This document shows positions 1 through 10,309 of a stretch of DNA of 64,000 bases, piece by piece. How positions within the stretch are numbered: position 1 is the first letter of the stretch; each line of letters opens with the position of its first letter. Position numbers and translations under genes: made by a program. The DNA lies in assembly GCA_029838195.1 (NCBI GenBank), contig JALGVJ010000004.1, positions 160,001-224,000 on the forward strand. The letters run 5' to 3'. Below the pieces are notes generated by a model, which had not been told where the DNA came from, searched no databases, and was given only the letters and a program-made list of their open reading frames with translations. This DNA is from Promethearchaeota archaeon. GTDB lineage: Archaea > Asgardarchaeota > Lokiarchaeia > Sigyniarchaeales > SOKP01.

Positions 1-121
1 AAAATTCACTTCCAGATTTAAAAACTCATGTTTAAACTTTTTTTATAAGCAAATAAAAAAGGTTCTTTTATAAAAAAAATAAAATAGAGTTAAGATAATG
101 TAAAAAAAAAATAGAAATCGA

Positions 122-823
122 TCATGTTTTTATTCCCCAGAATAATAAAATCCCGCTGATGATAATTCCAATTCTTACGATTGGTAATAGGAGTCCTGGC
201 GGGATTAAAGCGTCAAATACAGTGGTTATGGAAAAGATTATAAATCCAATGGATAATGAAAGAAATTTTTTTCTGATTACTCCAGTTGCTTGAAGGGCCT
301 TGTTTAGGAATCCCAATCCATTAAATATAAGAGTAGATAAGAGAAAGATTCCAATCAATATGAACGTGGGACCAATTCTATTCGAAGTATCTATTAAATT
401 TTCTCCTGGAGTTTCGGGAAAAGTATAATAAAACGATCCTTCTAAGTTGGTGAAGAGAAAAATCTCATATAAAATTCCCAAGACCAGATAAGTGATTATG
501 AAGATCATTTTCTTCTTTGGAATTAGGAGTTCTGCCCCCAAATACATGGCGAAAAAGATTGCGGGAGCAGCCCACATATAGCTCAACATTCCATACAACC
601 AAAAGGGCTCTATGTTAGATTGCGTGAATAATATTACTAAGAAATCTGAAGAGGGTCCCATCCATAAGGTTCCTGTAAAGAATATGGTAAGGCCGGTTAT
701 TTTCAGTAATTTGGCATCTATTTTTCTTGCTTTATAAATACAATAAGATCCCACGATGACATCAAAGAGGAGTACTATTAAAGCAGTAGAGCCATTTAAC
801 CATCCTTCTACATTTAAAGCCAT
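122..823 (-). CDS. Polytopic (~7 TM) membrane protein of unknown function; probable paralog of 38851-39708
   Basis: 233-aa ORF with about seven hydrophobic segments; GGGGATGTG upstream of ATG; C-terminal pattern ATGVIRKKFLSLSIGFIIF resembles TFGILRRSYTLNALGFFLY of 38851-39708. Confidence 0.75.
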   Translation of the reverse strand: MALNVEGWLNGSTALIVLLFDVIVGSYCIYKARKIDAKLLKITGLTIFFTGTLWMGPSSDFLVILFTQSNIEPFWLYGMLSYMWAAPAIFFAMYLGAELLIPKKKMIFIITYLVLGILYEIFLFTNLEGSFYYTFPETPGENLIDTSNRIGPTFILIGIFLLSTLIFNGLGFLNKALQATGVIRKKFLSLSIGFIIFSITTVFDALIPPGLLLPIVRIGIIISGILLFWGIKT

Positions 824-1065
824 TGCTCACATCCCCTTAATGAGAAAATAAATTATTATTATAATTAATTTTAAGATTGGACATATTTTATATAAATTTT
901 TATTAATTTTAATAAAATAAAAATTATTTTAAAATTTATTCAATTTTTAATAGAAAATAATTTTCTAAAAGATGAGGATCTTTAACGAAACATTGTAAAC
1001 GGGCAGATTTAAGAAAATTGACATCTTTTAATTATATTTACTCTCAAAAATCAACTCCATGATAA

Positions 1066-1650
1066 GATATCGAGAAAGAATAACCTATAAGAGGAAAAGA
1101 TGGTTTCATGCAAAAAGTGAAGAAAGAAGATATCGGCCCCTTATTACTTGATAGAAGGGATAAAAAGACCTTTGTTGGATATATGGATCAAAAGGCAACG
1201 GAGAGAAAGATTTTCAGAAATGTCTTTAAAGAAGGAGATGAATGGTTCAATACGAGGGATTTAGTTAGAGATCAAGGTTGCTTCCATATCCCATTCCTAG
1301 ATCGGTTAAAAGAAACGTTCCACTGGAAAGGACATAATGTATCCATCACGGAAATAGAAAAAATCTTGAATTTAAATGATAATAATTTCGTTTCATTCGT
1401 GAACAGAGTAAAAATTTCTAATACGGAAGGACGGGTGGGTATGACATCCCTTATTTTAAAGATCATTTTAGAAGATTTTGATTTCTCAAGACTCTTGATA
1501 TTCCTTAAAAAAAATTTAGTCTTCCATGCGATTCCATAGTTTTTGGGAATTAAAACGGAGATAGAAACTACTTTAACCTATAAATTCAAAAATTTAACCT
1601 TAAAAGCAGAAAGATTTTTTATCCTATCACGGGAGATTAATATTAATTAA
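1066..1650 (+). pseudogene. Remnant of FATP-type very-long-chain acyl-CoA synthetase (C-terminal part only)
   Basis: GYMDQKATERKIFRNVFKEGDEWFNTRDL and DRLKETFHWKGHNVS match FATP motifs with degenerate residues (GD->RD, DTFRWKG->ETFHWKG). Similarity continues across in-frame stops TAA 1081-1083 (DIEKE*PIRGKDGF) and TAG 1537-1539 (HAIP*FLGIKTEIETTLTYKFK). AMP-binding N-terminus absent. Confidence 0.8.
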
Positions 1651-1792
1651 ATGGACTTAAATAGAACTTACTGAACACTTAAACTCTTGAATTGTTCTTT
1701 TAGGACGAATAATAATAAAAAAGAAAATAAAGAAGAAGCAAATTTTTAGCTTTTATCCACTTCTTAAAAAGATTTAAGATTAAAAAAGAAAA

Positions 1793-2170
1793 TTATTTTA
1801 AAGCTATAACATCAATTTCAATAAGCATGGAAGGAACGGGCAAATTAGCAACTTGAACCGTCGTTCTGGCAGGGAACTTCTCATCAACACCATTGTCTTT
1901 AAAAAATTTTTTGTAAGCCCGATTCATCATGCTAAAATCGTTAATATCTTTCAAGAAGACCGTAACTTTTACAATATCAGCGACTGATGCTCCTGCGGCT
2001 TCTAAAATGGTTTTCACATTTTCAAAGGCAGTAAGGGTTTGGTCAGTAATGCCTTCCGTGTTAGCTTTTGGTCCTTGACCTGATACGAATATTAAATTAC
2101 CTACTTTTACAGCAGGCGTGTAGGGACCAGCCACGGGGGTCCCTGGATTGATAAATTCTTTTTCCGTCAT
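1793..2170 (-). CDS. ridA: RidA/YjgF/UK114 family enamine/imine deaminase
   Basis: GPYTPAVKVGNLIFVSGQ, VKVTVFLKD, FPARTTVQV, LIEIDVIA. Confidence 0.9.
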   Translation of the reverse strand: MTEKEFINPGTPVAGPYTPAVKVGNLIFVSGQGPKANTEGITDQTLTAFENVKTILEAAGASVADIVKVTVFLKDINDFSMMNRAYKKFFKDNGVDEKFPARTTVQVANLPVPSMLIEIDVIALK

Positions 2171-2289
2171 TTTTTTCCCATTATCTTATAATTAATTTGA
2201 TGTATAAGAAAGGAGATATAAAAATAAAAATTTGTTGAATAAAAGATTGCCATGTTCATGTTTCATGAGCATGTTGAGGATTCACCAAA

Positions 2290-3378
2290 TTAGTAATTTT
2301 TTCCTCGAGCCAATACCGGCCAAGTACCGATATATTTTCCATCTTTTATCACGTGGATGAAATCATAAAGATTTACTGTAATGCAGACGTGTGCGGGAAT
2401 TAATTCAATTTTATCTCCAATTTTATAGTTTGTGCCGGGTGCTGCTTTAAATTGGGCATGTTCTTCAGTGAAAACGCGCCACCTATTTTTTGGATTGTCT
2501 TTAAAAATGGGTTTTCCATCGCCCGTTGGCACTGCTTTCAAACCAGAGTCAATAGTAAATAATCTTGGACCCGTTTTATTTTGAATCGTGCCTAATACCG
2601 TAACAGCAGGCTTGAATATGGGATTTACCATTTCTATGTGCTCATCAGAAAAAACATAGGTACCTGGTTGAATTTCAGTAATTCCTTCACATTTTCCCGC
2701 AAACATGTAAGTTCCTGAGCCGGAAGCCGTGATGTAATTAATGTCAAATCCATTTGCATTTAAGAGATCTCTTGTATCCAGAGCCAATTTCATGCATTCT
2801 CTCGTCATTCTTTCCTTATCTTCGAGATTTGTCATGGGAGTTAGATGGCCTTCATAGGCTTGAAGTCCTACTAACTCTAAATGCGGTGCTTTTTTTATTA
2901 AACGTGCTAATTGAAGAGCGGGGCCACCAGGTTTAATTCCACATCTTCCGAATCCCACGTCAAGGTCAATTAAGACTTCAATTTATTGGGAGTATTTTGA
3001 AGCCATTTCTTCGAGATCTTTTATATTTTTTTCCGAATCGACGCAAGCGCGGGTTAGACTAAATTTGTTTAATAAAACTAGCCTTTTTATTTGATTAGGA
3101 ATGATGATTTCATTGGTGATGAGGATATCATTAAAGCCACATTGCGCATAAACTTCAGCTTCTCCAACATTAGCTACAGCGATGCCTTTCGCATTATTTC
3201 CGGCTAATTTTTGCTGGATATGGGCGACTAAAGGAATTTTAGCAGTTTTTACATGTTGTCGCAAGTTAATTCCTTGTTCTTTAACGAAATGGGCCATGTG
3301 TTTCATGTTTTGTTCCATTATATTATAATTTAATATTAAAGCGGGTGTAGAGATTTCTTCTTTCCAAGAGTCATCCAT
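2290..3378 (-). pseudogene. DSD1/D-threonine aldolase-like PLP enzyme (alanine racemase fold) interrupted by one in-frame TAA
   Basis: ORFs 2983-3387 and 2290-2958 are in the same frame and read SKYSQ*IEVLIDLDVGFGRCG through TAA at 2983-2985; motifs TPALIL, LRQHVKT, AYEGH, EIQPGTYVFSD, PAHVC. Confidence 0.85.
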
Positions 3379-3623
3379 GTTCTTCACTTTTTTATAAAAA
3401 ATTGATAAAAAATTATCTTAGAACATGTTTTTTAATTAAATAACGTTTAATAAATTAATCGAGACTAGCATTATATAAAAAATAACCATATTTGCTTTTT
3501 CTTACGGATGATACATCCAATTTTAATTTTAATTAAGTTTTAATCAGAGATTTTTTTCTTTTTATTTGATCTGATTAAATAAAAATGCCTATCAATGATA
3601 AAACAAGTGATAAAGGGGATACG

Positions 3624-5423
3624 ATGAATGTAATCTGGGTTGCATGTTTTGAATACCAAGGTATTGCAAAGGTGGGAGGCCTTGGAGAAGTTTCAGCGCA
3701 TCAAACGAGCAGTTTAAGCAAGGATTTTGATTTTTGCGTCTTTCTTCCCTCTCACGGTCAAATTGAAAGATTGAAAACATATTATCAGGTGCAACAATTA
3801 CCTTTTCATTGTAAAGGGAAGCAAAAATTTTCATTCACTAAAAACAAGAAGAAAAGGCAAGAATTTCGAATTAATTTTTATAAGGTTAAGATGGAAGATA
3901 TTAATGTTATATTATTGTCCGGCGGAAATTCATTTACTCGTGGATTTTTGGATGATAAAATAGTGTACAATCCTGATTCCCTTCAAGGAAAGATATGCTT
4001 TTTTAGTATTGGAATGAAATTTTATGTTAATAAATTATTGAAAAAAAAAAATTATGATGCTTTACCGAAAATCATCCATCTCCATGATTATCACGTGGTT
4101 CTCCCTTATATTTCCATCAAACAAGCACTCATGAAGAAAGGATTTGATATTTCCTCCCTCATCACTTTTCATTTATTAACGTGGCCCCGTTTCGAATTAG
4201 ATTTCTATAAAGATTGCGGTATTGACGATACTCCCTTTCGGATCCTGACACGAGAAGGCAATAAAAATCTTACGATCAGTGAAATTTTTAACTTAATTTT
4301 AGAAACTCGGAAAGAACAACAAGCCAGAAAGAGTTTAAATACGCATGAAATTCCTACGGTAGAACAAGTGGGTGCAGTAGTGTCCGATCTGGTTATAACG
4401 GTGAGTGAATCTTACTTGAAATCAGATATCATTCCCAATTTAGGCAATGAATTGATTAAATTTAAAACAGATTTCGTATGGAACGGATGTGATTGGAATC
4501 ATGATATCATGCTCGAAAACATCTTAAAAGAATTGGGAAACGAAATCCAAGAAGTCTTACGTTTACCAACCCGTCATTCCATTTCAAGAGAAGATTTAAA
4601 AAGATATTTACTCACGTTTAAATTGGGTAATTTAACCGAAAGCCCTCTCATTCAATCCAAGAAAATATTGGCTGTAATCAATGAAATTTCCAATGGGAAT
4701 TCCTTCATTAAAAATGGCAAGATTAAAAATTTTTCGGATTCTGGTCCTTTAGCAATCTCAACGGGTAGAGTTTCAAGACAGAAAGGATTTGATATCATTT
4801 TTGACGCAATTCCCCTTGTTCTTGAAAAAATCCCCAATGCCAAGTTTTTGATTTTAGCGCTTCCAACCGAATACAGCTTAGAAGAGATTAAACATTATGC
4901 CGAACAAGTTAAAAAATATCCTTACAACCTTAGAATATTATTTGGACTTGCTCCGAATATATTCAAATTAGCACATGTTTCTGCCGATGTATATGCTGCG
5001 ATGTCCCGATGGGAACCTTTTGGAATTATCGCATTGGAAGCCATGGCATCAAAATTACCCGTAATAGCCTCAAGAGTCGGAGGACTACAAGAGACAATTA
5101 TAGATATCAGAGAAGATGTCGAAAATGGCACGGGTATCTTGATTCCTAAGGAGAGCCCGATAAATTTAGCTGAAGCTCTTATTACTTTTTTTCAATTAGC
5201 TCGAATAAATGAATTGAGCAAGAGAGGGATTTCATTAGAAAAAATCCAAAAGAAAATTGATATAAACGGGATTCCCATTTCAATATTAAAAAATCAAGTA
5301 ATAAAAAACCCCCGATTATATGAAAAGATTAGAGAAAATTGTCATGGAAGAGTACAAGAACGCTTTCGATGGACTGTCGTTTCGAAAAAATTAAAACATC
5401 TCTACGAGGGCTTGTTAAAATAA
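3624..5423 (+). CDS. glgA: Glycogen/starch synthase-like glycosyltransferase (GT5/GT-B)
   Basis: KVGGLGEV, IIHLHDYH, TVSESY, WNGCD, GRVSRQKG, SRWEPFGIIALEAMA; start placed at ATG 3624 behind AAGGGGA (ORF track start 3585). Confidence 0.85.
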   Translation: MNVIWVACFEYQGIAKVGGLGEVSAHQTSSLSKDFDFCVFLPSHGQIERLKTYYQVQQLPFHCKGKQKFSFTKNKKKRQEFRINFYKVKMEDINVILLSGGNSFTRGFLDDKIVYNPDSLQGKICFFSIGMKFYVNKLLKKKNYDALPKIIHLHDYHVVLPYISIKQALMKKGFDISSLITFHLLTWPRFELDFYKDCGIDDTPFRILTREGNKNLTISEIFNLILETRKEQQARKSLNTHEIPTVEQVGAVVSDLVITVSESYLKSDIIPNLGNELIKFKTDFVWNGCDWNHDIMLENILKELGNEIQEVLRLPTRHSISREDLKRYLLTFKLGNLTESPLIQSKKILAVINEISNGNSFIKNGKIKNFSDSGPLAISTGRVSRQKGFDIIFDAIPLVLEKIPNAKFLILALPTEYSLEEIKHYAEQVKKYPYNLRILFGLAPNIFKLAHVSADVYAAMSRWEPFGIIALEAMASKLPVIASRVGGLQETIIDIREDVENGTGILIPKESPINLAEALITFFQLARINELSKRGISLEKIQKKIDINGIPISILKNQVIKNPRLYEKIRENCHGRVQERFRWTVVSKKLKHLYEGLLK

Positions 5424-5533
5424 CTCTTCCCTTTCTCTCCTTTTCTTTCAAAAAATCTCATGATTGAATATAAAAAGATAATCTGTTTATAAAAAACTCA
5501 AAAGGGGTAAAAAAAAAGGGATATTTAATAAGA

Positions 5534-6358
5534 TTATTTCCATTTCCATTTTGGCTTGGTCTTTTGCAAGCGAGCTAAAGCCCCGGATACCGCATCTTTC
5601 GTTTGGAGGAGCTGTGAGCTTATTAGGGTCTCCAGTTCGTTTCCAAATGCAATATCCTTACCATAGCAGTCATCAATGAGTTTTTTAGTTAAGCCCACAG
5701 CTAAAGGAGCCGAATCGATTAACTCATCTGTATACATTTTAATGATTGAATTTAATTCTTCTGCAGTGCTGGCAAACCGATTTACCACTCCTAAACGATA
5801 CGCTTCCTTACCATCAAATCTTCTTCCGGTCAACGCAATATCTTTCGCATTAGGTATACCCACTAATCTGGTCAGTCGAATTGATCCCCCAACGTCAGGA
5901 TTCATGCCAATTTTGGTTTCTAGCATGCTAAAAATGGAACTTTCAAGGGCAAATCGAAAATCACATGCTAAAGCTAGTTCAAAACCAAGCCCAAAACAAT
6001 ATCCTCGAATATCTGCGATTACGGGCTTTTCCATCTTTTCTAATTTGGACAAAACGGGTTGAATGAAAGTATTAGCGAAATAGCGAAAATTTCTTGGAAT
6101 CCTCAAATCAGGAATTTTTCCTTCCGGATCTTTTTCTTGTCCCGTGAGAAAGTTTAAATCAATACCGGCGCTAAAAATGTCATCTCCACCCGTAATAATT
6201 ACCACTCGGGTATTAGTTCTTTCAATCTTATCAAAAGCATCATTTAAACCCACTAACATGTCGAAATTAATTGCATTTTTCTTATCCGGTCGATTCATTT
6301 TAATGGTGGTGATGGTTTTGTCTTCGTTTTCTTCAATTAATACTACCTTTTCACTCAT
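5534..6358 (-). CDS. Enoyl-CoA hydratase/isomerase (crotonase family)
   Basis: MNRPDKKNAI, FSAGIDL, GLGFELALACD, ETKIGMNPDVGG. Confidence 0.92.
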   Translation of the reverse strand: MSEKVVLIEENEDKTITTIKMNRPDKKNAINFDMLVGLNDAFDKIERTNTRVVIITGGDDIFSAGIDLNFLTGQEKDPEGKIPDLRIPRNFRYFANTFIQPVLSKLEKMEKPVIADIRGYCFGLGFELALACDFRFALESSIFSMLETKIGMNPDVGGSIRLTRLVGIPNAKDIALTGRRFDGKEAYRLGVVNRFASTAEELNSIIKMYTDELIDSAPLAVGLTKKLIDDCYGKDIAFGNELETLISSQLLQTKDAVSGALARLQKTKPKWKWK

Positions 6359-6438
6359 TTTTTTTCATCTTTAAAATTTACAATTAATTCTATTTAATGG
6401 AAAAGAGGGAATTAAATTAAAAGGATTTTAATTTTTCG

Positions 6439-8430
6439 TTAATGTCTAAAAATTTGTTTGGAATGCCAAAAAGGATAAAGTGTTTGATATATTGCATTCT
6501 CTTTATCGGGAACTAATTCTAATTCCGTGCGGAGCCAGTTTGAAATCCAATTTGATTTATCCCTAAAACGCTCATCTAAAAATATTATAGCGCCTTTATC
6601 ATCAATTTTCCTTATGGGACGGCCCGCTGCTTGGTTTGCCCTTTGGACAGCGGGATATAAATAAGCAAAATTCCAGCCTTGCTTATCAAACACTTTATCA
6701 TAATAAGTAATTTTTGCCTGAACTCGAGGTGAAGGAAGATGATAGGGAAACCCCGCAATAACCACGGAATTCATATATTCTCCTGGAAAATCTTCTCCTT
6801 CTGAGTTCCTTCCGCCACACACCCCTAATAAGACACCCCCTCCTCCATCTTTTACTCTTGTCATTGATTTAAAATTTTCAATCATCAATGAATTTTCAGT
6901 TGCAGATAAATTTGGAGATTCAATGAAAAGTTTCTTTTCATATCTCATGATTGAACGTTCTAAACCAAAACGAAGGAGTGCTTGAAGTATTTTATAGGAT
7001 GCACAGAAAATACCAACATTAGCGGGCGTACAAGCAATAACTTCTTCTATTTTATTTACTATCTTTGTAAACATGCGCGGATTTCTATCCTCTTTTCTCG
7101 TACTCACGCCTTCAACGATCAATACCCTAATATTTTCTTTTTTGAAAGGAGATTCTGCTATTATCGCTTTATAGCCTTTTCCACATCTGTTTAATCCCAT
7201 GAGATGGTTATACACGTACGGATTAACCGTTCCCGATAAATTCAAGCACGAATGACAATTTTTAAGGATCGGTATGGAAATTTCCCTTGGTTCCAAAGCA
7301 ACAATTTCTAGTGCTATATATTTCTTATTTTTTTTTTGAGTTATTTTATAACAAAAAAAATAGGAATCCAAGTCCAAAGTTTCAAGCCATTTTAACCAAA
7401 AATTCGCAAGATTACCGAGATAATCCCTAGAGAATATCCCATTAGCCAATTTTTCTTCATGAATAGCTAACCCATATTCTAATAAATCTTCCAAAAATAG
7501 CTTAAAATTATTTAAATTCTCAAAGCCTAATTTAATTATAATATTATTCAATAATTTCTTCGGATTAATGGGTTCTTCTGCTTTTTTGAGGAACTCTTTA
7601 CGTTTATTCAACAGATCTAATAAGAAATTTACAAATCTCCGAATAGAATATGGCCCCTGGTACGATTGCAAATCTTTCTGACATTGTCTTAAGGAATAAG
7701 GAGTAAGTTTCATGGAATTGATCTCTGTTGCCACATCGATAATATTATGACACTCATCTAAAATTAGAATGCAATCTTTCAATTCTCTTTCAATAAACTG
7801 TAAAAACGAGTCTCGTATAAAAGGATTGAAAATCCATTGATAATTGCAAATAATAATTTTCATCTCTTTTAAAAGAAACTTACTGAGAAAATAAGGGCAA
7901 ATTTTTTTTTCCTTACAAATTGTAATTAATTCATCTGCTTCCACGGGCTGATTAAAAATCTCCGGTTCGATGAGGATAGGTGAATCAACGTTTACCCGCT
8001 TTTTTAATAAATTAAGAAAATATCTACAATTCTTATTTTTTCTTAGATCCGTGCAGACAGTCATGGATTCTTGAGGATTTAATTTAAGAGATAAGAGTGT
8101 TTCATTCAAGCACATTTCATTTCTCCCACGGATTGACAAGCCATTAATCATGACGGGCTCTTCAAATTTTTCTAAAAAAGAATGGATTTTCTTTAATTCT
8201 TTTATGACACGAGCATTTTGTGCGTACGTGCGACATAAATAAATGACTTTTAAATCATTTTTGAGGGCAATGGGGAGAGCCGCACATAAGGCCATGATTG
8301 TTTTTCCCGTACCATTTGGGGCACTTAAAAGAATTATTTTCTCTTGAGCTAAGCTCTCTTCTATTTGTTTTATGATTTTTTCTTGGGAAATGCGAAATTG
8401 TTCGTATGGAAAAAATTTTAAATAATTTAT
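6439..8430 (-). CDS. xpd: XPD/Rad3-family Fe-S DNA helicase; inferred ATA start at 8430
   Basis: Q motif FPYEQFRISQ and Walker A APNGTGKT lie in frame upstream of the ATG at 8295; Fe-S cysteines (GRNEMC, VC, NC, ICPYF), DECH, LSGT, SEGEDFPG, QAAGRPIR; AGGTG 7 nt before ATA. Confidence 0.92.
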   Translation of the reverse strand: MNYLKFFPYEQFRISQEKIIKQIEESLAQEKIILLSAPNGTGKTIMALCAALPIALKNDLKVIYLCRTYAQNARVIKELKKIHSFLEKFEEPVMINGLSIRGRNEMCLNETLLSLKLNPQESMTVCTDLRKNKNCRYFLNLLKKRVNVDSPILIEPEIFNQPVEADELITICKEKKICPYFLSKFLLKEMKIIICNYQWIFNPFIRDSFLQFIERELKDCILILDECHNIIDVATEINSMKLTPYSLRQCQKDLQSYQGPYSIRRFVNFLLDLLNKRKEFLKKAEEPINPKKLLNNIIIKLGFENLNNFKLFLEDLLEYGLAIHEEKLANGIFSRDYLGNLANFWLKWLETLDLDSYFFCYKITQKKNKKYIALEIVALEPREISIPILKNCHSCLNLSGTVNPYVYNHLMGLNRCGKGYKAIIAESPFKKENIRVLIVEGVSTRKEDRNPRMFTKIVNKIEEVIACTPANVGIFCASYKILQALLRFGLERSIMRYEKKLFIESPNLSATENSLMIENFKSMTRVKDGGGGVLLGVCGGRNSEGEDFPGEYMNSVVIAGFPYHLPSPRVQAKITYYDKVFDKQGWNFAYLYPAVQRANQAAGRPIRKIDDKGAIIFLDERFRDKSNWISNWLRTELELVPDKENAIYQTLYPFWHSKQIFRH

Positions 8431-8806
8431 GAAGATACACCTGAGTTCTCTTTTTAAACCTTGATTCTATTTTTATATTTTAAATAAAATATTCGTTTTC
8501 GACTATTCAAGAAAAATTAGTAGTTCCAATAAATTTTACATGTCAAGAATTCTATTTTAAATTTTTTTGACTTTTTTAATTTCCTTATATCTTTTTCTTT
8601 CATGAAAAAGAATTTTCATTACAATTACAAGTTTTCTATTGAAATGGACGCTTATTAAGAGTTGTCAATATGTGGAATGTAAATAAATTTCCTTGGAGTT
8701 TGAGGAATGTTTAAAATTTTTTATTCATGGTTATTAAATTAATTATTTTTGTTTTGGTACATACCATTATTTTTTATTAATTTGAAATGTTTATATCTTA
8801 GAGAAG

Positions 8807-9706
8807 ATGTCAAAAATTACCGAACTAAGATTTAGGAACTTGGTTTCAGAAGGCTTTTTACGAGAGTTAATCTTGTTTTTTTTTCTCTTTTTATTGACAA
8901 TAGCTCAGGTTTGGGAGTCCATTTTATTGTTCATTTTTCCGCTTATATCTTTTGGATTTTATGTTTTCTTCAGGATATTAAGCATAAATAAATGGAAGCT
9001 CACGTTTTCTAAAGATATAATCATCTATAATCCTTTAGGCGTGGAAAAAAGACATGCTAATCGATTCTACTTTGTTTCTCTTTTTACCCTCATCTTAATC
9101 TTTTGGATTGGAGCAGAAAGTTTATATCATCCTCAGTTAATCGAAGATTACTCGAGTTATTTCTTAGCATTATTGATTTTCGTGTATACTTTTGGGTTTA
9201 TTTGGATTTTTATTGACATGTGGAAATATAGTAAAATTCAAATTAAATTAGGAAAAATCATTGAGGATAATGAAAATTTAAACATCCATTCAATTTCTCC
9301 ATCAACTTCTCAGAAAAAAGAGATCACGAGTTCTCTGAGCTTTAAAGTCTTTAAACAAATCATTATTATGAACTGGATCATTTTCGTGAGCACCAATATT
9401 TTGAATTTACTTTCTATAATGTTCTTGGAAAACCGAATTCTTATGGGTTTTAACATTATCTTACCCGGTACAAGCCCTTTAAATCAAAATGGGATACATG
9501 TGTCTTTTTTAATTTTCTTCTTCATGATTATTCCGCCCAGTTCTTGTCTAATCAGTTTTCTTCTTCTCTATAACAATATAATGAAAATTAGTCTTGAAAA
9601 ATTTGAAATATTGTTAGGGGCTTTACCAAGGGACAAGCAACTCAAAATAAAACAAGAATTATTCTCCTTGAATGATAAATTTAAATTAATTTCAAGATTA
9701 GAATAA
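8807..9706 (+). CDS. Hypothetical polytopic membrane protein
   Basis: 299-aa ORF with about six hydrophobic segments; first gene of an apparent operon with a Rab-like GTPase. Confidence 0.7.
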   Translation: MSKITELRFRNLVSEGFLRELILFFFLFLLTIAQVWESILLFIFPLISFGFYVFFRILSINKWKLTFSKDIIIYNPLGVEKRHANRFYFVSLFTLILIFWIGAESLYHPQLIEDYSSYFLALLIFVYTFGFIWIFIDMWKYSKIQIKLGKIIEDNENLNIHSISPSTSQKKEITSSLSFKVFKQIIIMNWIIFVSTNILNLLSIMFLENRILMGFNIILPGTSPLNQNGIHVSFLIFFFMIIPPSSCLISFLLLYNNIMKISLEKFEILLGALPRDKQLKIKQELFSLNDKFKLISRLE

Positions 9707-9769
9707 AATTAATTAATATTAATTTCATGTTAATTATATAAAAATTCTTGATGAGAAATAGGCACTTCA

Positions 9770-10309
9770 ATGAAACGGAAGAAACTCTTATATAAGTGCG
9801 TTATCGTAGGTGATGGCGGCGTTGGGAAGACCACAATGGTCCAGAGATTGATTACCGGCAATTATATTCCCCAAAAAATGACCATTGGCACGGATTTAGC
9901 TACTTATTCTATTGAAATTAATGATGAGGATGGAACTATTTATGATATAATATTGCAGCTGTGGGATTTTGCGGGTGAGGCGAGATTTCGGTTCTTTTTG
10001 CCAAACTATGCGAAAGGAGCCCGTGGCTGCTTAATTTGTTATGATATCACGAGATATTCGAGTTATGAACATTTAGAAGAATGGTATAATATAGTAAATG
10101 AGAATGCTGCTAATCCAGTGTACATATTGGTGGGGCAAAAATATGATTTAGCGGAGCAAAAACGCGTTGTAGACGTGGAAAAAGCGAGAGAATTTCAACA
10201 ACATTATGACATTCCCCATCTATTTGAAACATCTAGTAAAACAGGTTATAATAATAAAATTATTTTTGAAACTTTAGCAAAAGAAATTATTAAGAAAACC
10301 CATGCTTGA
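9770..10309 (+). CDS. Rab-like small GTPase (Ras superfamily)
   Basis: G1 GDGGVGKT, TIGTDL, LQLWDFAGE, RFRFF, YAKGA, LICYDIT, G4 QKYD, G5 ETSSK; no C-terminal Cys prenylation motif. Confidence 0.92.
   Translation: MKRKKLLYKCVIVGDGGVGKTTMVQRLITGNYIPQKMTIGTDLATYSIEINDEDGTIYDIILQLWDFAGEARFRFFLPNYAKGARGCLICYDITRYSSYEHLEEWYNIVNENAANPVYILVGQKYDLAEQKRVVDVEKAREFQQHYDIPHLFETSSKTGYNNKIIFETLAKEIIKKTHA

Noticed and set aside
1081-2985. Stop-codon recoding (Sec/Pyl) at the in-frame stops
   Set aside because: The stops are TAA, or a TAG in an obviously degraded fragment; no in-frame TGA at a Cys-equivalent position was found, including in the FrhB-like gene
8255-8440. 61-aa minus-strand ORF, considered as a frameshifted XPD N-terminus
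   Set aside because: The XPD Q motif and Walker A are in the main XPD frame; the GTG of this ORF is part of the SD motif
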